Notes under the pieces: generated by a model | Databases searched by the model: none | Told to the model about the DNA's origin: nothing | What the model saw: only the letters and a program-made list of their open reading frames with translations | In this document: positions 19,195 through 28,709 of the stretch, piece after piece | Layout of the letters: each line of letters opens with the position of its first letter | Numbering within the stretch: position 1 is the stretch's first letter | Origin: an uncultured virus (IMG/VR IMGVR_UViG_3300032782_000008) | Taxonomy: Duplodnaviria; Heunggongvirae; Uroviricota; Caudoviricetes | Strand: one strand, 5' to 3' | IMG/VR virus record: IMGVR_UViG_3300032782_000008 | Length of the DNA: 64,000 bases | Program-made: the position numbers and the translations under genes

Positions 19195-19871
19195 CGATAC
19201 GCCCTCTTCGGTGCACCGCGCATGACGATATGATAGCCGATCACGCTGAGTCCAATCGCCGCCGCGCCGGCGAACAGTATGCCGGCTGTCCGCATACCCT
19301 CGTTCGGACCTTCATCGTCGCGCTGGATTTGTCCCGCCGCCGCCATCAATGACTGCTTGGCGCTGGCGACCTGCGCCGGCGTCGTCGCTTGTTGAGCAGC
19401 CGCTGCTGCAGCGTGCGCCTGCGCCTTGACAGCTGGCGGAGCGACCGCCGCGACCTTGGCAGCCGCCGCCTGAACATCCTGCGCCGTAGTCGCGCTCGCT
19501 GCATCATAGGCGGCCTGTTTCGCTGCGTAGCCTTTGGGGTCGACGACGTCCGGGCGCTTGAGGGCCTCGAGCGTACCATCGGTGATGTTCTTCCCGTCCG
19601 ACGACCAACCGTACTTCTGGTTGAACGCCATCACCGACAGCTGCGTACGCGAGCCGAGCACACCATCGTCCTTGTACCCGTCCGAGTACGGATCGAAATC
19701 CTTGTTGCCGGTCGCCAAGGCGAGCCCGTGTAGCTGCCGCTGAACCATCTGCACCGTCGCCTTATCGGTGTAGACTTTGCCCTGATCCGAGACGTCGCCA
19801 CCAATGACGAACCAGCGCTTCCGCTTGGTCGCGGCGCCTAGGATTGCGCAACCGATGGTGTACGGCGTCAC
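19191..19871 (-). CDS. PG-binding-like protein with C-terminal TM helix
   Basis: VQMVQRQL...DDGVLGSRTQLSVMAFNQKYG; begins MTPYTIGCAILG. Confidence 0.7.
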   Translation of the reverse strand: MTPYTIGCAILGAATKRKRWFVIGGDVSDQGKVYTDKATVQMVQRQLHGLALATGNKDFDPYSDGYKDDGVLGSRTQLSVMAFNQKYGWSSDGKNITDGTLEALKRPDVVDPKGYAAKQAAYDAASATTAQDVQAAAAKVAAVAPPAVKAQAHAAAAAAQQATTPAQVASAKQSLMAAAGQIQRDDEGPNEGMRTAGILFAGAAAIGLSVIGYHIVMRGAPKRAYR

Positions 19872-19874
19872 GAC

Positions 19875-20558
19875 TTACCCCCTCCGACGCAGAAGAAGCG
19901 CAACTCCCGTCAGCACGACTGCACCGCCGGCCATCCAACCCCACATCGGCACGCCGCCGAACTTCTGCGTGAAGAAGTTGCCGTCTCCCTTGCCACCGGA
20001 GAACCCGTGCTTGGCCAAAAGTGCCGAGTCGGGACTCGTCGTCAGCGCAGTTGAAGGCGCCGAGCTGGCCGAGGCGACGCCTGCGAGCACCTTCTGCCAC
20101 GCGCGCATCTTCGACTGCGCCGCCGCGTTCGACGAGTTATTGAGTGCATTCTGCGACGCCGTGTTCGCCATCTTCTGCGCCGCTTCGAGTCGCTTGCCCG
20201 CGCGATCGGCATCGAGCCCGGCCGCGGTCGAGATCGCCGCCGCCTGCATCGCGCTCGCCAATGAAGACGCTGCCGCGATCTTCGATGCATCACCACCCTG
20301 CTTGGTGACATCGAGCGTCGTCTCGGCGTCCGCCCACGCACTGTCGGCGGCGATGGCCTTCTTGAGCTTGTCGTCCTGTGCAGCGTTCGCGGCGTTCGCC
20401 GCGCTCTGTGCCTGCGCGTAGTCGACGCCCTTGGTCGCCGCTTCAGCAGCCGCACTGAAGAGCGAGCCGAAGTCGAACGACGGCCCCTTCGCCGCGTCAG
20501 CGCCCAAAATTTCGTACACGACCTGGCGGCCGAGCATCTCGTGGGGATCCGTGCTCAT
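19875..20558 (-). CDS. Ala-rich protein with C-terminal TM anchor
   Basis: GVPMWGWMAGGAVVLTGVALLLRRRG. Confidence 0.7.
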   Translation of the reverse strand: MSTDPHEMLGRQVVYEILGADAAKGPSFDFGSLFSAAAEAATKGVDYAQAQSAANAANAAQDDKLKKAIAADSAWADAETTLDVTKQGGDASKIAAASSLASAMQAAAISTAAGLDADRAGKRLEAAQKMANTASQNALNNSSNAAAQSKMRAWQKVLAGVASASSAPSTALTTSPDSALLAKHGFSGGKGDGNFFTQKFGGVPMWGWMAGGAVVLTGVALLLRRRG

Positions 20559-20884
20559 CGTCCTCTCCTCTTATGGCCGCGTCCGCGCTTGCGCTTGCTC
20601 GCACTGACCCGACGCTTTCGCTTCGATTCTACAGGTTTTTTCATGAGGCGATCGATTTCGTTCTGGATCGCTTTCACCGTCTTGCCGTGGTCACCGACCA
20701 TCGCCGCGTGCTCGAGGGCCTCGTCGCGGTACGTGTGCGCGCGAGTCAGCCAATCGAGGACACCGCTCGCTCGGTACAACCGGAAGCACGCGATAGCCCG
20801 TCCCGCCCACTTCTTGGCGGTCTCGCGTTCGACCTGCGCCTCGGACTTCTGACGCACTTCGGCATATTGGTCGGGAAGGCGCAT
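20555..20884 (-). CDS. protein with a highly basic C-terminal tail
   Basis: KRKRRVSASKRKRGRGHKRRGR. Confidence 0.65.
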   Translation of the reverse strand: MRLPDQYAEVRQKSEAQVERETAKKWAGRAIACFRLYRASGVLDWLTRAHTYRDEALEHAAMVGDHGKTVKAIQNEIDRLMKKPVESKRKRRVSASKRKRGRGHKRRGR

Positions 20885-20885
20885 G

Positions 20886-21116
20886 CTACTTCCAGCGAGA
20901 TTTGCCAGGGTTTTTTCGAAGCCACTGACGTCGCCGTGTTCTATTGCGACGTCTCACCTTTTTATTTGCAATTTTTCGACGCAAAGAGGCGATCAGTCGT
21001 TCCGCCTGTTTTTTCGTCAAGGACCCAGCAATATCCTTCGACGCGTAGAAGTGCAGCGTACGCCCGCGAGAAACTCGACGACGTTTCGAAACGTGCTTTC
21101 TCTTTCGCTTCGCCAT
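20886..21116 (-). CDS. very basic putative core/DNA-condensing protein
   Basis: Arg/Lys-rich throughout; begins MAKRKRKH. Confidence 0.6.
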   Translation of the reverse strand: MAKRKRKHVSKRRRVSRGRTLHFYASKDIAGSLTKKQAERLIASLRRKIANKKVRRRNRTRRRQWLRKNPGKSRWK

Positions 21117-21117
21117 T

Positions 21118-21465
21118 TTACTTTTTCCTCTTCTGCCGGTGACGGAACTTCCGCGCGATGAGTGCGAAACGGGCGCGCCGACCGATCACGCCGCTGCGCT
21201 TCGCAGCGCGCCGAAGCTTCGACAGCGGGATTTTCTTGTCGAGCGGAACCTTGAGCGCGCGGTGCAGATAGCCCTTGTGCTTCGGGTTGATCGCTTTCTG
21301 TACCCAGCGCTTCGTACTCCGACGTTTGGCGACGCGACTTTTTCGACGTCGAGGGATTCCCTTGGTAGAAAACCCCATTGCTTCGAAATCGCGGCGAACT
21401 GCGTCCGCTAACGTCATCTCGCCAGGACGACCAGGACGTCCTGATCGATGCTTTCGCTTCGCCAT
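21118..21465 (-). CDS. very basic putative core protein
   Basis: Begins MAKRKH; WVQKAI..KGYLHRALKVP..KKIP..KLRRAAK...GRRARFA resembles a small basic phage protein family. Confidence 0.7.
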   Translation of the reverse strand: MAKRKHRSGRPGRPGEMTLADAVRRDFEAMGFSTKGIPRRRKSRVAKRRSTKRWVQKAINPKHKGYLHRALKVPLDKKIPLSKLRRAAKRSGVIGRRARFALIARKFRHRQKRKK

Positions 21466-21812
21466 TATCGTTTCCCCTTGATGAGTCCGCGCAGCACGTA
21501 GTGCCACGCAGCCCAGCCCACTCCAACACCGACCGCGCCCAAAATCGCCCCTCGAAACAGGTCACCCTTGGGTGCCGGGCCGCCGGCGGATGTCTGCACC
21601 GAGACGTCCGCCGACACACCCTTCTGAGTCAGGCCGTCAGCGAGCTGCTTGGACAACTCATCGTAGACCTTGGCCGAGATCGTGTTCGGAGCGAATTTGA
21701 AGGCCAACGCCCCGGTGGCCCCGCCTTGCGACTTGACGAGGCCGCCGACGTCCTTCAATCGGACAGCGACGTACGGTTCTCCACCGCCGATGATTTCGTC
21801 CCACACCGACAT
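21465..21812 (-). CDS. membrane protein with C-terminal TM helix
   Basis: Begins MSVWDEIIG; GAILGAVGVGVGWAAW. Confidence 0.7.
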   Translation of the reverse strand: MSVWDEIIGGGEPYVAVRLKDVGGLVKSQGGATGALAFKFAPNTISAKVYDELSKQLADGLTQKGVSADVSVQTSAGGPAPKGDLFRGAILGAVGVGVGWAAWHYVLRGLIKGKR

Positions 21813-24800
21813 TACAGATCTTCCTCCAGATCCTCGGCCGAGTAATCCGAGCTACGACCAGACGCCGCTCGCTCGAACGAATCGTTACCGTCGCCCCAGT
21901 CGATACCGTCCTCGACGTTGTCGCCGCCGGTGTCCATGGAGCTATCTTGCGCCGTTTGCACCATTCCCTGATACAGCTCCTGCGGCTCCGTCTGCACGAG
22001 CTGAGCGTACAGCTGCGGATTCTGCTGCATGAACTGGATCTGGGCCTGCTGCGCCTGCTGATCCATCTGCTGCTGCTGCTGGGCCATCTGCAGACGAGCC
22101 TGGCGCTCCTGCGCGCGCTGCTGTTGCTGCTCCGTCATCTGCTGCATCTGCTGCTGTTGCCACTGCTGGTCAAGCTGAGCCTGCTGCGCCTGCTGCTGCG
22201 TCGCCTGCACATCAGCATCGTGCTGCGCCTGCGACAGCTCTTGCTGATACTGACGCTGCGTCGCGGCGTCCTCCTGCGCCTGCTGCTGAGCCATCTGCTG
22301 CGCCTGCTGCGCATTGATCTGATCCTGCGCCTGCGCGTTGGCGTAGTCGGTCTGCGCGGCGAGCAACGCCGTCTTGTAGTCGGTGATCGCCTGCTGCTGG
22401 CGCACAAGGTCGTCCGCCTGCGTCGCCCACGTCGGCGCGGTGTCACGGAACCAGAACCACTTGTCGTCGGTCACCGCGTAGCGCAGACCCTTGAGTGCGC
22501 CCTTGGGGTTGCCGATGATCGGTCCCCAAAGATGGTTTTCGCTCGACTGAGCCAGCGCCGGCATCGACGTCGCCTCGTCGGCGTTCGGGCGCATCGTGCG
22601 ATGGTCGATGGCGATGCCGTCGTTGTAGGCGCTGGCGCACCAGTAACGCCACTGCCCGTCGTTACCCATGAAGAAGCCCGAGCCGGTGCCACACATGAGC
22701 TGCGTCGACGTGTCCGTCGAGAGCTTGCCGAAGTAGTAGGTGAATGAGCACACCGACTTCTCCGGGAAGCCGTGCGAGCCGTCATAGACCACGCACGAGT
22801 CGTCCGGGACGGTCTGGTAGATCGTCTCGTCGCCCTTGGTGATGCCCGGCGTCGGCCCGAGCGGGTCGGGCAGGTAGTCAACGCCAGGCTGCAGCGGCGG
22901 CGCCTTCGTGGGAGGTGGGGGCAGCCCGTAATCCGGCGGACCAGGCAGCTGCGAGGCGAGCGACCCGCCCATCGGCAGTCCGGTCGTCGGATCGATCGCG
23001 CCCGTCGAACCGTAGGGAAGACCCGTGGTCGGATCGACGCCACTGTAAGGCAATCCCGTAGTCGGGTCGACTCCGGTCGAAATCGGCGTCGTCGGGTAGC
23101 TCGAGTACAAGTCACCGGCGATGGCGTCGCGCATGATAGCGTAGCCATCGCCGTGGATGGCCGAGCGGCCAGACGGATCGGTCTTGGCGCGCGTGACCTT
23201 CACGCCGGCGTCCACCTTCGCCTTGAAGCCGGTGTACGCCTTCTCGTGCTTGTCGGCCTGGTCGTTGAGCTTCTTCGCGTTCGCCTTGACGTCGTTGGCG
23301 AGCTTCTGCACCTTCGCCAACGAAGCGGCGGCGCCCGGGCGCTTGGTGGACGCAGCAGCACCGATGATACCGCGAACCTTCGTCGGCGTCTTCGACGGGT
23401 TCTTGATCTTCGTCAAGATGCTGTCGGCGATCTTCGACGAGCGCACCGCGATGTCGCGCGCGTTCTTGATCGACGCCGTCTGCGTCTTCTTGTTACGGTT
23501 CGGCTGCAGCGACAAGATCTTGTTCCCCGCCGGCGTCGTCTTGGTCACGAACCCGGCGCGCTGCTGCATCTGCGAAATCGACGCCTTCTGCTGCGCCAAT
23601 TGTTTCGTGTTGCCCGCCGCCGCGGCGTGAGCAGCCGCAGCCGAAGCGGCCGCCGCGACCGAGCCAGCCGCAGGCTGCTTGCCGCCAGTAGCGGTGCCAC
23701 CAGCAGGAGCAGCCCCGCCGCGGGTTGAGCTGACGGCTGCGCCGACGACCACAGCCCCCGGCCACTGCTTCGGCGGAAGCGCGACCGGAAGATGATCGAC
23801 GGTGAGTCCGACCGTATACGGGGTGCTCACCCCGACGGTGTAATCTCCCTCGGTGTTGACATCGTAAGCGCCAACGATCTCGTCCCAGCCGGCACCGGGG
23901 ACATCGCTGGTCACTTCCCGGATCACTTGGTCCTCGAGATCCATGACGCTCATGCCATTACTCCTTTCCAAACCCATCACTTGGTTATCTGTCGATCCAT
24001 CGTACACCGACGAATCGTACGGTGTTGTTTGAAAACTCGATGCAGAAACGTCCACACTCGGCTGAAAATAAGGTGCTGCGAATGTAGGCATCACTGATGC
24101 CGCAACGGTCTTCGGATGCAATTGCGCTCGTAACGCAGCATTACGTCGCTGCGAAGCTTTGAGATGTGCAAGCAAAGCAGGATTAGTCAACGCCTGTTTT
24201 TGCTGTCGCAACCTACTTTTGATTGCATCCGAACCAGAATCGTCGGTCATGTACGTGCCAGGATCTCCTGAGTGTGTAGCGGCATCGTAAATTGAACTCG
24301 CCGATTCGATCGTCCCCCATGTACCCGTCGGATCGAGAAGCGAATACCAATTGAAACCAACAACCGTTTGCTTTTCTTCGCTGCCGCCGAGAAAGAGCAC
24401 CTGCTTGACATCACTCGTATCGACCTTGCTACTGTTCCTACGCACGATCGACACGCTCACCGGCTGATCGAACCCGAACGAGAACGTGCTGCCGACCTTG
24501 TCGCCGTGCTTGTAGCCGTTGCCGTCGAAGCGACCGCCGCCGGTGACTGTCACGATCGCCGCGTCCTGCACCACGACGGGTGCGCTGCCCGACTTCGGCG
24601 CGATGACCACGTAATCAGGCGTCGTCACCTTGGCGACCTTGTTCGGCTGCGTCGCGGCTTGCGGCTGACCACCCGCTGCCCAGCCCGGGAGCCACCCTTG
24701 CTTGGTCTCAAACGACTCGAGCGACTCAGCGGCTTTGCCGGCGCCAAAAGCGGACGCGAGCAGCTTTCCGGCCGTATGAATTCCGCCAAAAATGTTCTTG

Positions 24801-24868
24801 CCGATGTCAGCAAGTGAATCGCCGATTACCGAGCCGATGCTACCGGGCGTTTGTTTTGTCCGTGCCAT
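21812..24868 (-). CDS. large segmented virion protein (1018 aa) with Gln-rich coiled coil
   Basis: Long ORF with Ala/Lys, Pro, aromatic globular and Gln blocks; shares motifs with 15352..18048. Confidence 0.8.
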   Translation of the reverse strand: MARTKQTPGSIGSVIGDSLADIGKNIFGGIHTAGKLLASAFGAGKAAESLESFETKQGWLPGWAAGGQPQAATQPNKVAKVTTPDYVVIAPKSGSAPVVVQDAAIVTVTGGGRFDGNGYKHGDKVGSTFSFGFDQPVSVSIVRRNSSKVDTSDVKQVLFLGGSEEKQTVVGFNWYSLLDPTGTWGTIESASSIYDAATHSGDPGTYMTDDSGSDAIKSRLRQQKQALTNPALLAHLKASQRRNAALRAQLHPKTVAASVMPTFAAPYFQPSVDVSASSFQTTPYDSSVYDGSTDNQVMGLERSNGMSVMDLEDQVIREVTSDVPGAGWDEIVGAYDVNTEGDYTVGVSTPYTVGLTVDHLPVALPPKQWPGAVVVGAAVSSTRGGAAPAGGTATGGKQPAAGSVAAAASAAAAHAAAAGNTKQLAQQKASISQMQQRAGFVTKTTPAGNKILSLQPNRNKKTQTASIKNARDIAVRSSKIADSILTKIKNPSKTPTKVRGIIGAAASTKRPGAAASLAKVQKLANDVKANAKKLNDQADKHEKAYTGFKAKVDAGVKVTRAKTDPSGRSAIHGDGYAIMRDAIAGDLYSSYPTTPISTGVDPTTGLPYSGVDPTTGLPYGSTGAIDPTTGLPMGGSLASQLPGPPDYGLPPPPTKAPPLQPGVDYLPDPLGPTPGITKGDETIYQTVPDDSCVVYDGSHGFPEKSVCSFTYYFGKLSTDTSTQLMCGTGSGFFMGNDGQWRYWCASAYNDGIAIDHRTMRPNADEATSMPALAQSSENHLWGPIIGNPKGALKGLRYAVTDDKWFWFRDTAPTWATQADDLVRQQQAITDYKTALLAAQTDYANAQAQDQINAQQAQQMAQQQAQEDAATQRQYQQELSQAQHDADVQATQQQAQQAQLDQQWQQQQMQQMTEQQQQRAQERQARLQMAQQQQQMDQQAQQAQIQFMQQNPQLYAQLVQTEPQELYQGMVQTAQDSSMDTGGDNVEDGIDWGDGNDSFERAASGRSSDYSAEDLEEDL
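22973..23075 (-). repeat. three copies of a DPTTGLP peptide repeat
   Basis: GVDPTTGLPYSGVDPTTGLPYGSTGAIDPTTGLPMG. Confidence 0.9.
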
Positions 24869-24871
24869 TGA

Positions 24872-25906
24872 TTACACGTCCAGCTCAAAGACGACGGAAC
24901 CCAGAACGCTACTCGTGCCGGAAGCCACGACCACGAACGCGGCACTGGCGGGAAGGATGTACGACGTCGTCGGGAGCGTGTTTGCAGGGATAACAAACGA
25001 GGTAATAGAGGTCGCGTCAGGTTCTTGAATCGTGACAGTGTACGTCTGCGTCGTGTCCGTAGATAAAACCCAGAACTTTTTGGCGAACGGCGGAACAATG
25101 ATGCTGGTGCTACCGGCGCCGGCGGTCTTCAACAACCCAGTCTTGGACCGCGTCAGCGGGGCAGTACGGTTCGCCTCTCGGAACGACACACCCGCGGTGT
25201 ACGGTGGCCCGACATTGCTGGCGACCGATGCTTCGCAAAAAATCTGCACCGAGCAGAAACTACCAGTGAGCGTGAACTCCACGCCCTGACCAATATCGAC
25301 CTCGATATTGAACGTGTATCCGCGAATACCCCACTGAACAACGAGGTAGCCGCGATACGACACATTGAAATTCTGCTGCGATAGCGGCGGCTTCACAAGC
25401 GCAGCCGTGACAGTAAAATTGGTGCACTCTGCGTCGTTATCACCGTTCCAACGAGCCACTTCAACCGGCTGCTGTCGCGAGTCCGGCGTCGATTGGCCAC
25501 CAAGAATCGCGTTTTGCGCGCTCACAGGGTTCGTGTTCGTCGGTGGCGACACGGCGGCAGACTCGGCCGCTTTCGCTTGACCGAGCTGAAATTCCTGGTC
25601 GAAATCGTCGAGCAGCTCACCATTTGGACCCACCGCCGCCGCGGCTCGGTCGCGCATGAGACGGTCCCAGTCGTCCTCGAACACGCCTTCAGGCTTCGCG
25701 TCGACGATCTGCACCGTCGCGCCATCGTTCACCATGTGCGTGACATGGTCGTCAGGAATTTCGTGCCACGCCGCTTGGTTCGCCTGAAAGTACAGCGCCA
25801 AGAGGTGTGCCCACTCCTCCTTGGTCTTCGGACGCGGGATACCTTGGCCGCGCGCCCACGCACCAACCACCTGCAGCATCTTCTGAATCTTGGGATTGGT
25901 CGTCAT
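24872..25906 (-). CDS. beta-rich structural protein (vertex/penton candidate)
   Basis: C-terminal ~200 aa show alternating hydrophobic beta-strand patterns. Confidence 0.5.
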   Translation of the reverse strand: MTTNPKIQKMLQVVGAWARGQGIPRPKTKEEWAHLLALYFQANQAAWHEIPDDHVTHMVNDGATVQIVDAKPEGVFEDDWDRLMRDRAAAAVGPNGELLDDFDQEFQLGQAKAAESAAVSPPTNTNPVSAQNAILGGQSTPDSRQQPVEVARWNGDNDAECTNFTVTAALVKPPLSQQNFNVSYRGYLVVQWGIRGYTFNIEVDIGQGVEFTLTGSFCSVQIFCEASVASNVGPPYTAGVSFREANRTAPLTRSKTGLLKTAGAGSTSIIVPPFAKKFWVLSTDTTQTYTVTIQEPDATSITSFVIPANTLPTTSYILPASAAFVVVASGTSSVLGSVVFELDV

Positions 25907-26886
25907 CGCGTCCTCATTTTGTCCATCTTCCCGAGCGCGAGCTGGTTGCTTGCGTGTAGGAGCAGGTTCGGATTGGTGTTTACCAACCGCGTTGCCTCGG
26001 CGAGTGCGCGACGATCTCCGTTCTGCGCGCGCTGTACGAGGTCCATCGTCGCCGCCACCTTAGAATCGGTCTTCGGCGCAACCAGTGCGACGTGCGGATG
26101 CCCGCCAGAAGCACGTGCAACAGCCCCGAGCACGTTGCACATCTGCGACAGCGCATCATTGGCACCGATAATCTCGGCCAGATGGAGAGCCGCCGGCGCG
26201 ATCTGGTGCGGCGCGAATCCCAAGCACTGAGCGCAACCGACCACCTCTTCCACACCGCGCTCGACCTTATCGCCGGTGGTCGCAGCCAGCGGCTGCCCGG
26301 CAGGACCGATGAAGAGCACCGTCACGAGAAGCTCGTCGCCGTCGCGCCAGCAATCCACGCCGCGCGGGTTAGCAGGAAGGTCGACCGCATCACCGCCACG
26401 GCAAGCGCGCTGCACCATGTCCGCGATGGCTTGGTGTGCCTCCGCATCGCGATCTTCGTGATCGTCGACGGCGTCCTCAAGCGCAACGATTCGCCGCTCG
26501 AGATCTTCGATGTATGGCGCTCGGCGTGCAGATCGAAAATCCGAGTAGCTCTGTGGATCGTCGATGCGGACAATTCGCGCTCGCGGCATATCTGACGCGT
26601 ACTGCTTGTGCAACAGATCGAACAGCGGCAACGGAGGCGTCGCGTTCGCGTCATCGTCCGCACCAATGACGCGATACGAGACGCCGGCGGTCTCGAACGT
26701 CATGTACGTCGGATCGTAGTCGACACCGACGATATCTACCGCACTCGACAAACGATTGCGTCGACGCTTCTTGTGCGCGTGCTTCAGCACGGCGCTCGCT
26801 GCGGTCGCAACGTCATCGTCCCCCTCTTCAGAAAACTGAGGAAGGTCGTCGAACGCGACTGACGTGTTGTACGGATCGCGCATCAA
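25903..26886 (-). CDS. hypothetical virion protein
   Basis: Coupled ORF with IVG, VIG, VVG, IIG and VLG motifs. Confidence 0.7.
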   Translation of the reverse strand: MMRDPYNTSVAFDDLPQFSEEGDDDVATAASAVLKHAHKKRRRNRLSSAVDIVGVDYDPTYMTFETAGVSYRVIGADDDANATPPLPLFDLLHKQYASDMPRARIVRIDDPQSYSDFRSARRAPYIEDLERRIVALEDAVDDHEDRDAEAHQAIADMVQRACRGGDAVDLPANPRGVDCWRDGDELLVTVLFIGPAGQPLAATTGDKVERGVEEVVGCAQCLGFAPHQIAPAALHLAEIIGANDALSQMCNVLGAVARASGGHPHVALVAPKTDSKVAATMDLVQRAQNGDRRALAEATRLVNTNPNLLLHASNQLALGKMDKMRTR

Positions 26887-27557
26887 AACACCCCGTTCGC
26901 ACGGTTGTAGAGCGCCATCGTGTCCTCGAACTTGTCGCCGTCACCGCCCCAGTTCATGAGCCCGTTCGGCCCGCAGCGGTGCAAAACTGCGAGCACGCCA
27001 CTCAGGGTCATGTCATCGGGCAGATCGTCGGGCGTCGGGATCATTTCATTGTCCAGCCCTTCGACATAGCGGCGCATTGAGGCGGCGAAGATTTTGTATT
27101 GCATCTTCGGACTCGCCAAGAACGCCTCTTCGGTCATAGGGGGCACCCACTTGCCTACCCAAGCCATGGTGTTCATGGGCGTGCGCACCTTCTTGAGGTC
27201 ACGCATGAGCCCGAAATCGCCGAGTCGACGCGGACGCATCGCGAACATACCCATCTCGTTCGAAGCCGATACAGCTCCCGGCTCCTGTGTGCGCATCGCG
27301 ATGGCGAACTGCGTCCACGCTTCGTCAGAGACGTTCGGCAACGCGCTCTTGAGCACGCGCCCGGCGAACGCAGGCGGAGTCTCCGTCTCGCCGATCGGAC
27401 GAAGAGCTGGGCCTGTAGCGGCCTCGGCCTCGGCGACCGCGCGCTCGGCGACCTCCTCGGGCGTCTGCTCGCGCGCGACCTCGTCGAGGTCAGGTTCGAC
27501 AACGTGCGTGCGGCCAGCGAGGACCGCAGCGCCGATCGTGTACGGGCTAGCGCTCAT
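26883..27557 (-). CDS. lysozyme-like fold protein, possibly degenerate
   Basis: GMFAM...LGDFG...FLASPKMQ...LSGVLAVLHRCGPNG resembles lysozyme-like/transglycosylase family patterns. Confidence 0.45.
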   Translation of the reverse strand: MSASPYTIGAAVLAGRTHVVEPDLDEVAREQTPEEVAERAVAEAEAATGPALRPIGETETPPAFAGRVLKSALPNVSDEAWTQFAIAMRTQEPGAVSASNEMGMFAMRPRRLGDFGLMRDLKKVRTPMNTMAWVGKWVPPMTEEAFLASPKMQYKIFAASMRRYVEGLDNEMIPTPDDLPDDMTLSGVLAVLHRCGPNGLMNWGGDGDKFEDTMALYNRANGVF

Positions 27558-28330
27558 CGCCCTCCCCGTAGAATGCGCGCAACCTCGGCCTTGTCACGAG
27601 GCGCGGAGTCGAGCGGTGACACTGACGCACGCCGCACACCAAGAACCTCTTCGAAATCGACGTCGGCAAACGGGTCAATCACCTGCTGCTGCCGATTGCC
27701 GACGTACTTGACTCCGTACTTCTTGATGAGGTCGCAGCGCTCCTCGTTCTTGCGAATCTCCTCATCACGATCTTTGGCGCGCTGCGGCTGCGACATGCCG
27801 AGGAGCAACGAAGGATCTTCGCTCGTGCGGTAGCCCACGTTCGCGAACGGGGGCCACAGCACGAGTGCGTGATAAATGGTGCCACTGCCGTCGGGGGAAG
27901 GACGGTTGGTCATGTACGGATCGGCCTTGATGCCCTGTTGACGTAGCTCGGCGACGCGCCATGTCGCGAGATTGTCGCAGTCGCCTCCGCCATTTTGGAT
28001 GATTTGTCCAATATCACGGAAGCGCTCGCCTCCAAACACTTGGCGAATCGTCTCGAGAACCTGCGAAACGTCAGCTCGCGAAGCAGATTTACCAAGTGCG
28101 TTGCGAAGCACGGTGACCTCTTCGGGATCGCCGTCGAATTGCTTCGGCAATTGATATTTGACGCCCGACTTATACAGCTTCGGCGTGTTCGGGTTCTTGC
28201 GCAGGTAATTCATGTCGCATTGCACAAGCCCTTCAAGAATCCACATGAGATTCTGTCGCGTCTGCTCGAGGTCTTGTTTGCTGTCATCTCCGTCGAACAG
28301 CGTTAGATCCATCAAGATGTAGCGCAGCAC
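27554..28330 (-). CDS. transglutaminase-like cysteine protease (maturation protease candidate)
   Basis: GGDCDNLATWRVAEL (Cys), YHALVLW (His), EDPSLLLGM (Asp); GTG 28330 with GAGGTG SD. Confidence 0.75.
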   Translation of the reverse strand: MLRYILMDLTLFDGDDSKQDLEQTRQNLMWILEGLVQCDMNYLRKNPNTPKLYKSGVKYQLPKQFDGDPEEVTVLRNALGKSASRADVSQVLETIRQVFGGERFRDIGQIIQNGGGDCDNLATWRVAELRQQGIKADPYMTNRPSPDGSGTIYHALVLWPPFANVGYRTSEDPSLLLGMSQPQRAKDRDEEIRKNEERCDLIKKYGVKYVGNRQQQVIDPFADVDFEEVLGVRRASVSPLDSAPRDKAEVARILRGGR

Positions 28331-28343
28331 TACAGCACCTCGC

Positions 28344-28703
28344 TCAGACGATCGCTCGCCCAAAAATTGAAATGTCGAATGTGCAGCTCTCCACGAACGA
28401 CACCGTGATCGAGATACTCAAACCTTGCTGGCACGTGTCCCAGCGGATCCCGTTTCCCAAGGCCGCTGGCCCGAAGAAATCGACGAGCGCAGAGCCGGAC
28501 GCAGTCGGGCGCTGGATTCGCTGCCCCACGATGAACTGGACGATCCGCGTGCCGCGACCGGGCGTGCTGCCACTGTCCGTCGCCATCACCTTCTCGGCGC
28601 GAAACAGACACTGCATCTGCTGCGTCAGCACGAGCTGCGTTCCGGCCTGTCCGAACGCCGGCCCGAACGACACGTCCCAATCGCGCCACTGCTGCACGCT
28701 CAT
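28344..28703 (-). CDS. capsid-like beta-sandwich paralog 3 (bare domain)
   Basis: About 72 of 113 residues identical to the domain in 31916..32488 by manual alignment. Confidence 0.65.
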   Translation of the reverse strand: MSVQQWRDWDVSFGPAFGQAGTQLVLTQQMQCLFRAEKVMATDSGSTPGRGTRIVQFIVGQRIQRPTASGSALVDFFGPAALGNGIRWDTCQQGLSISITVSFVESCTFDISIFGRAIV

Positions 28704-28709
28704 CCTCCA

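Noticed and set aside
15352..24868. Tape-measure proteins of a tailed phage
   Set aside because: No tail tube, chaperone, baseplate or portal context; composition is blocky rather than TMP-like
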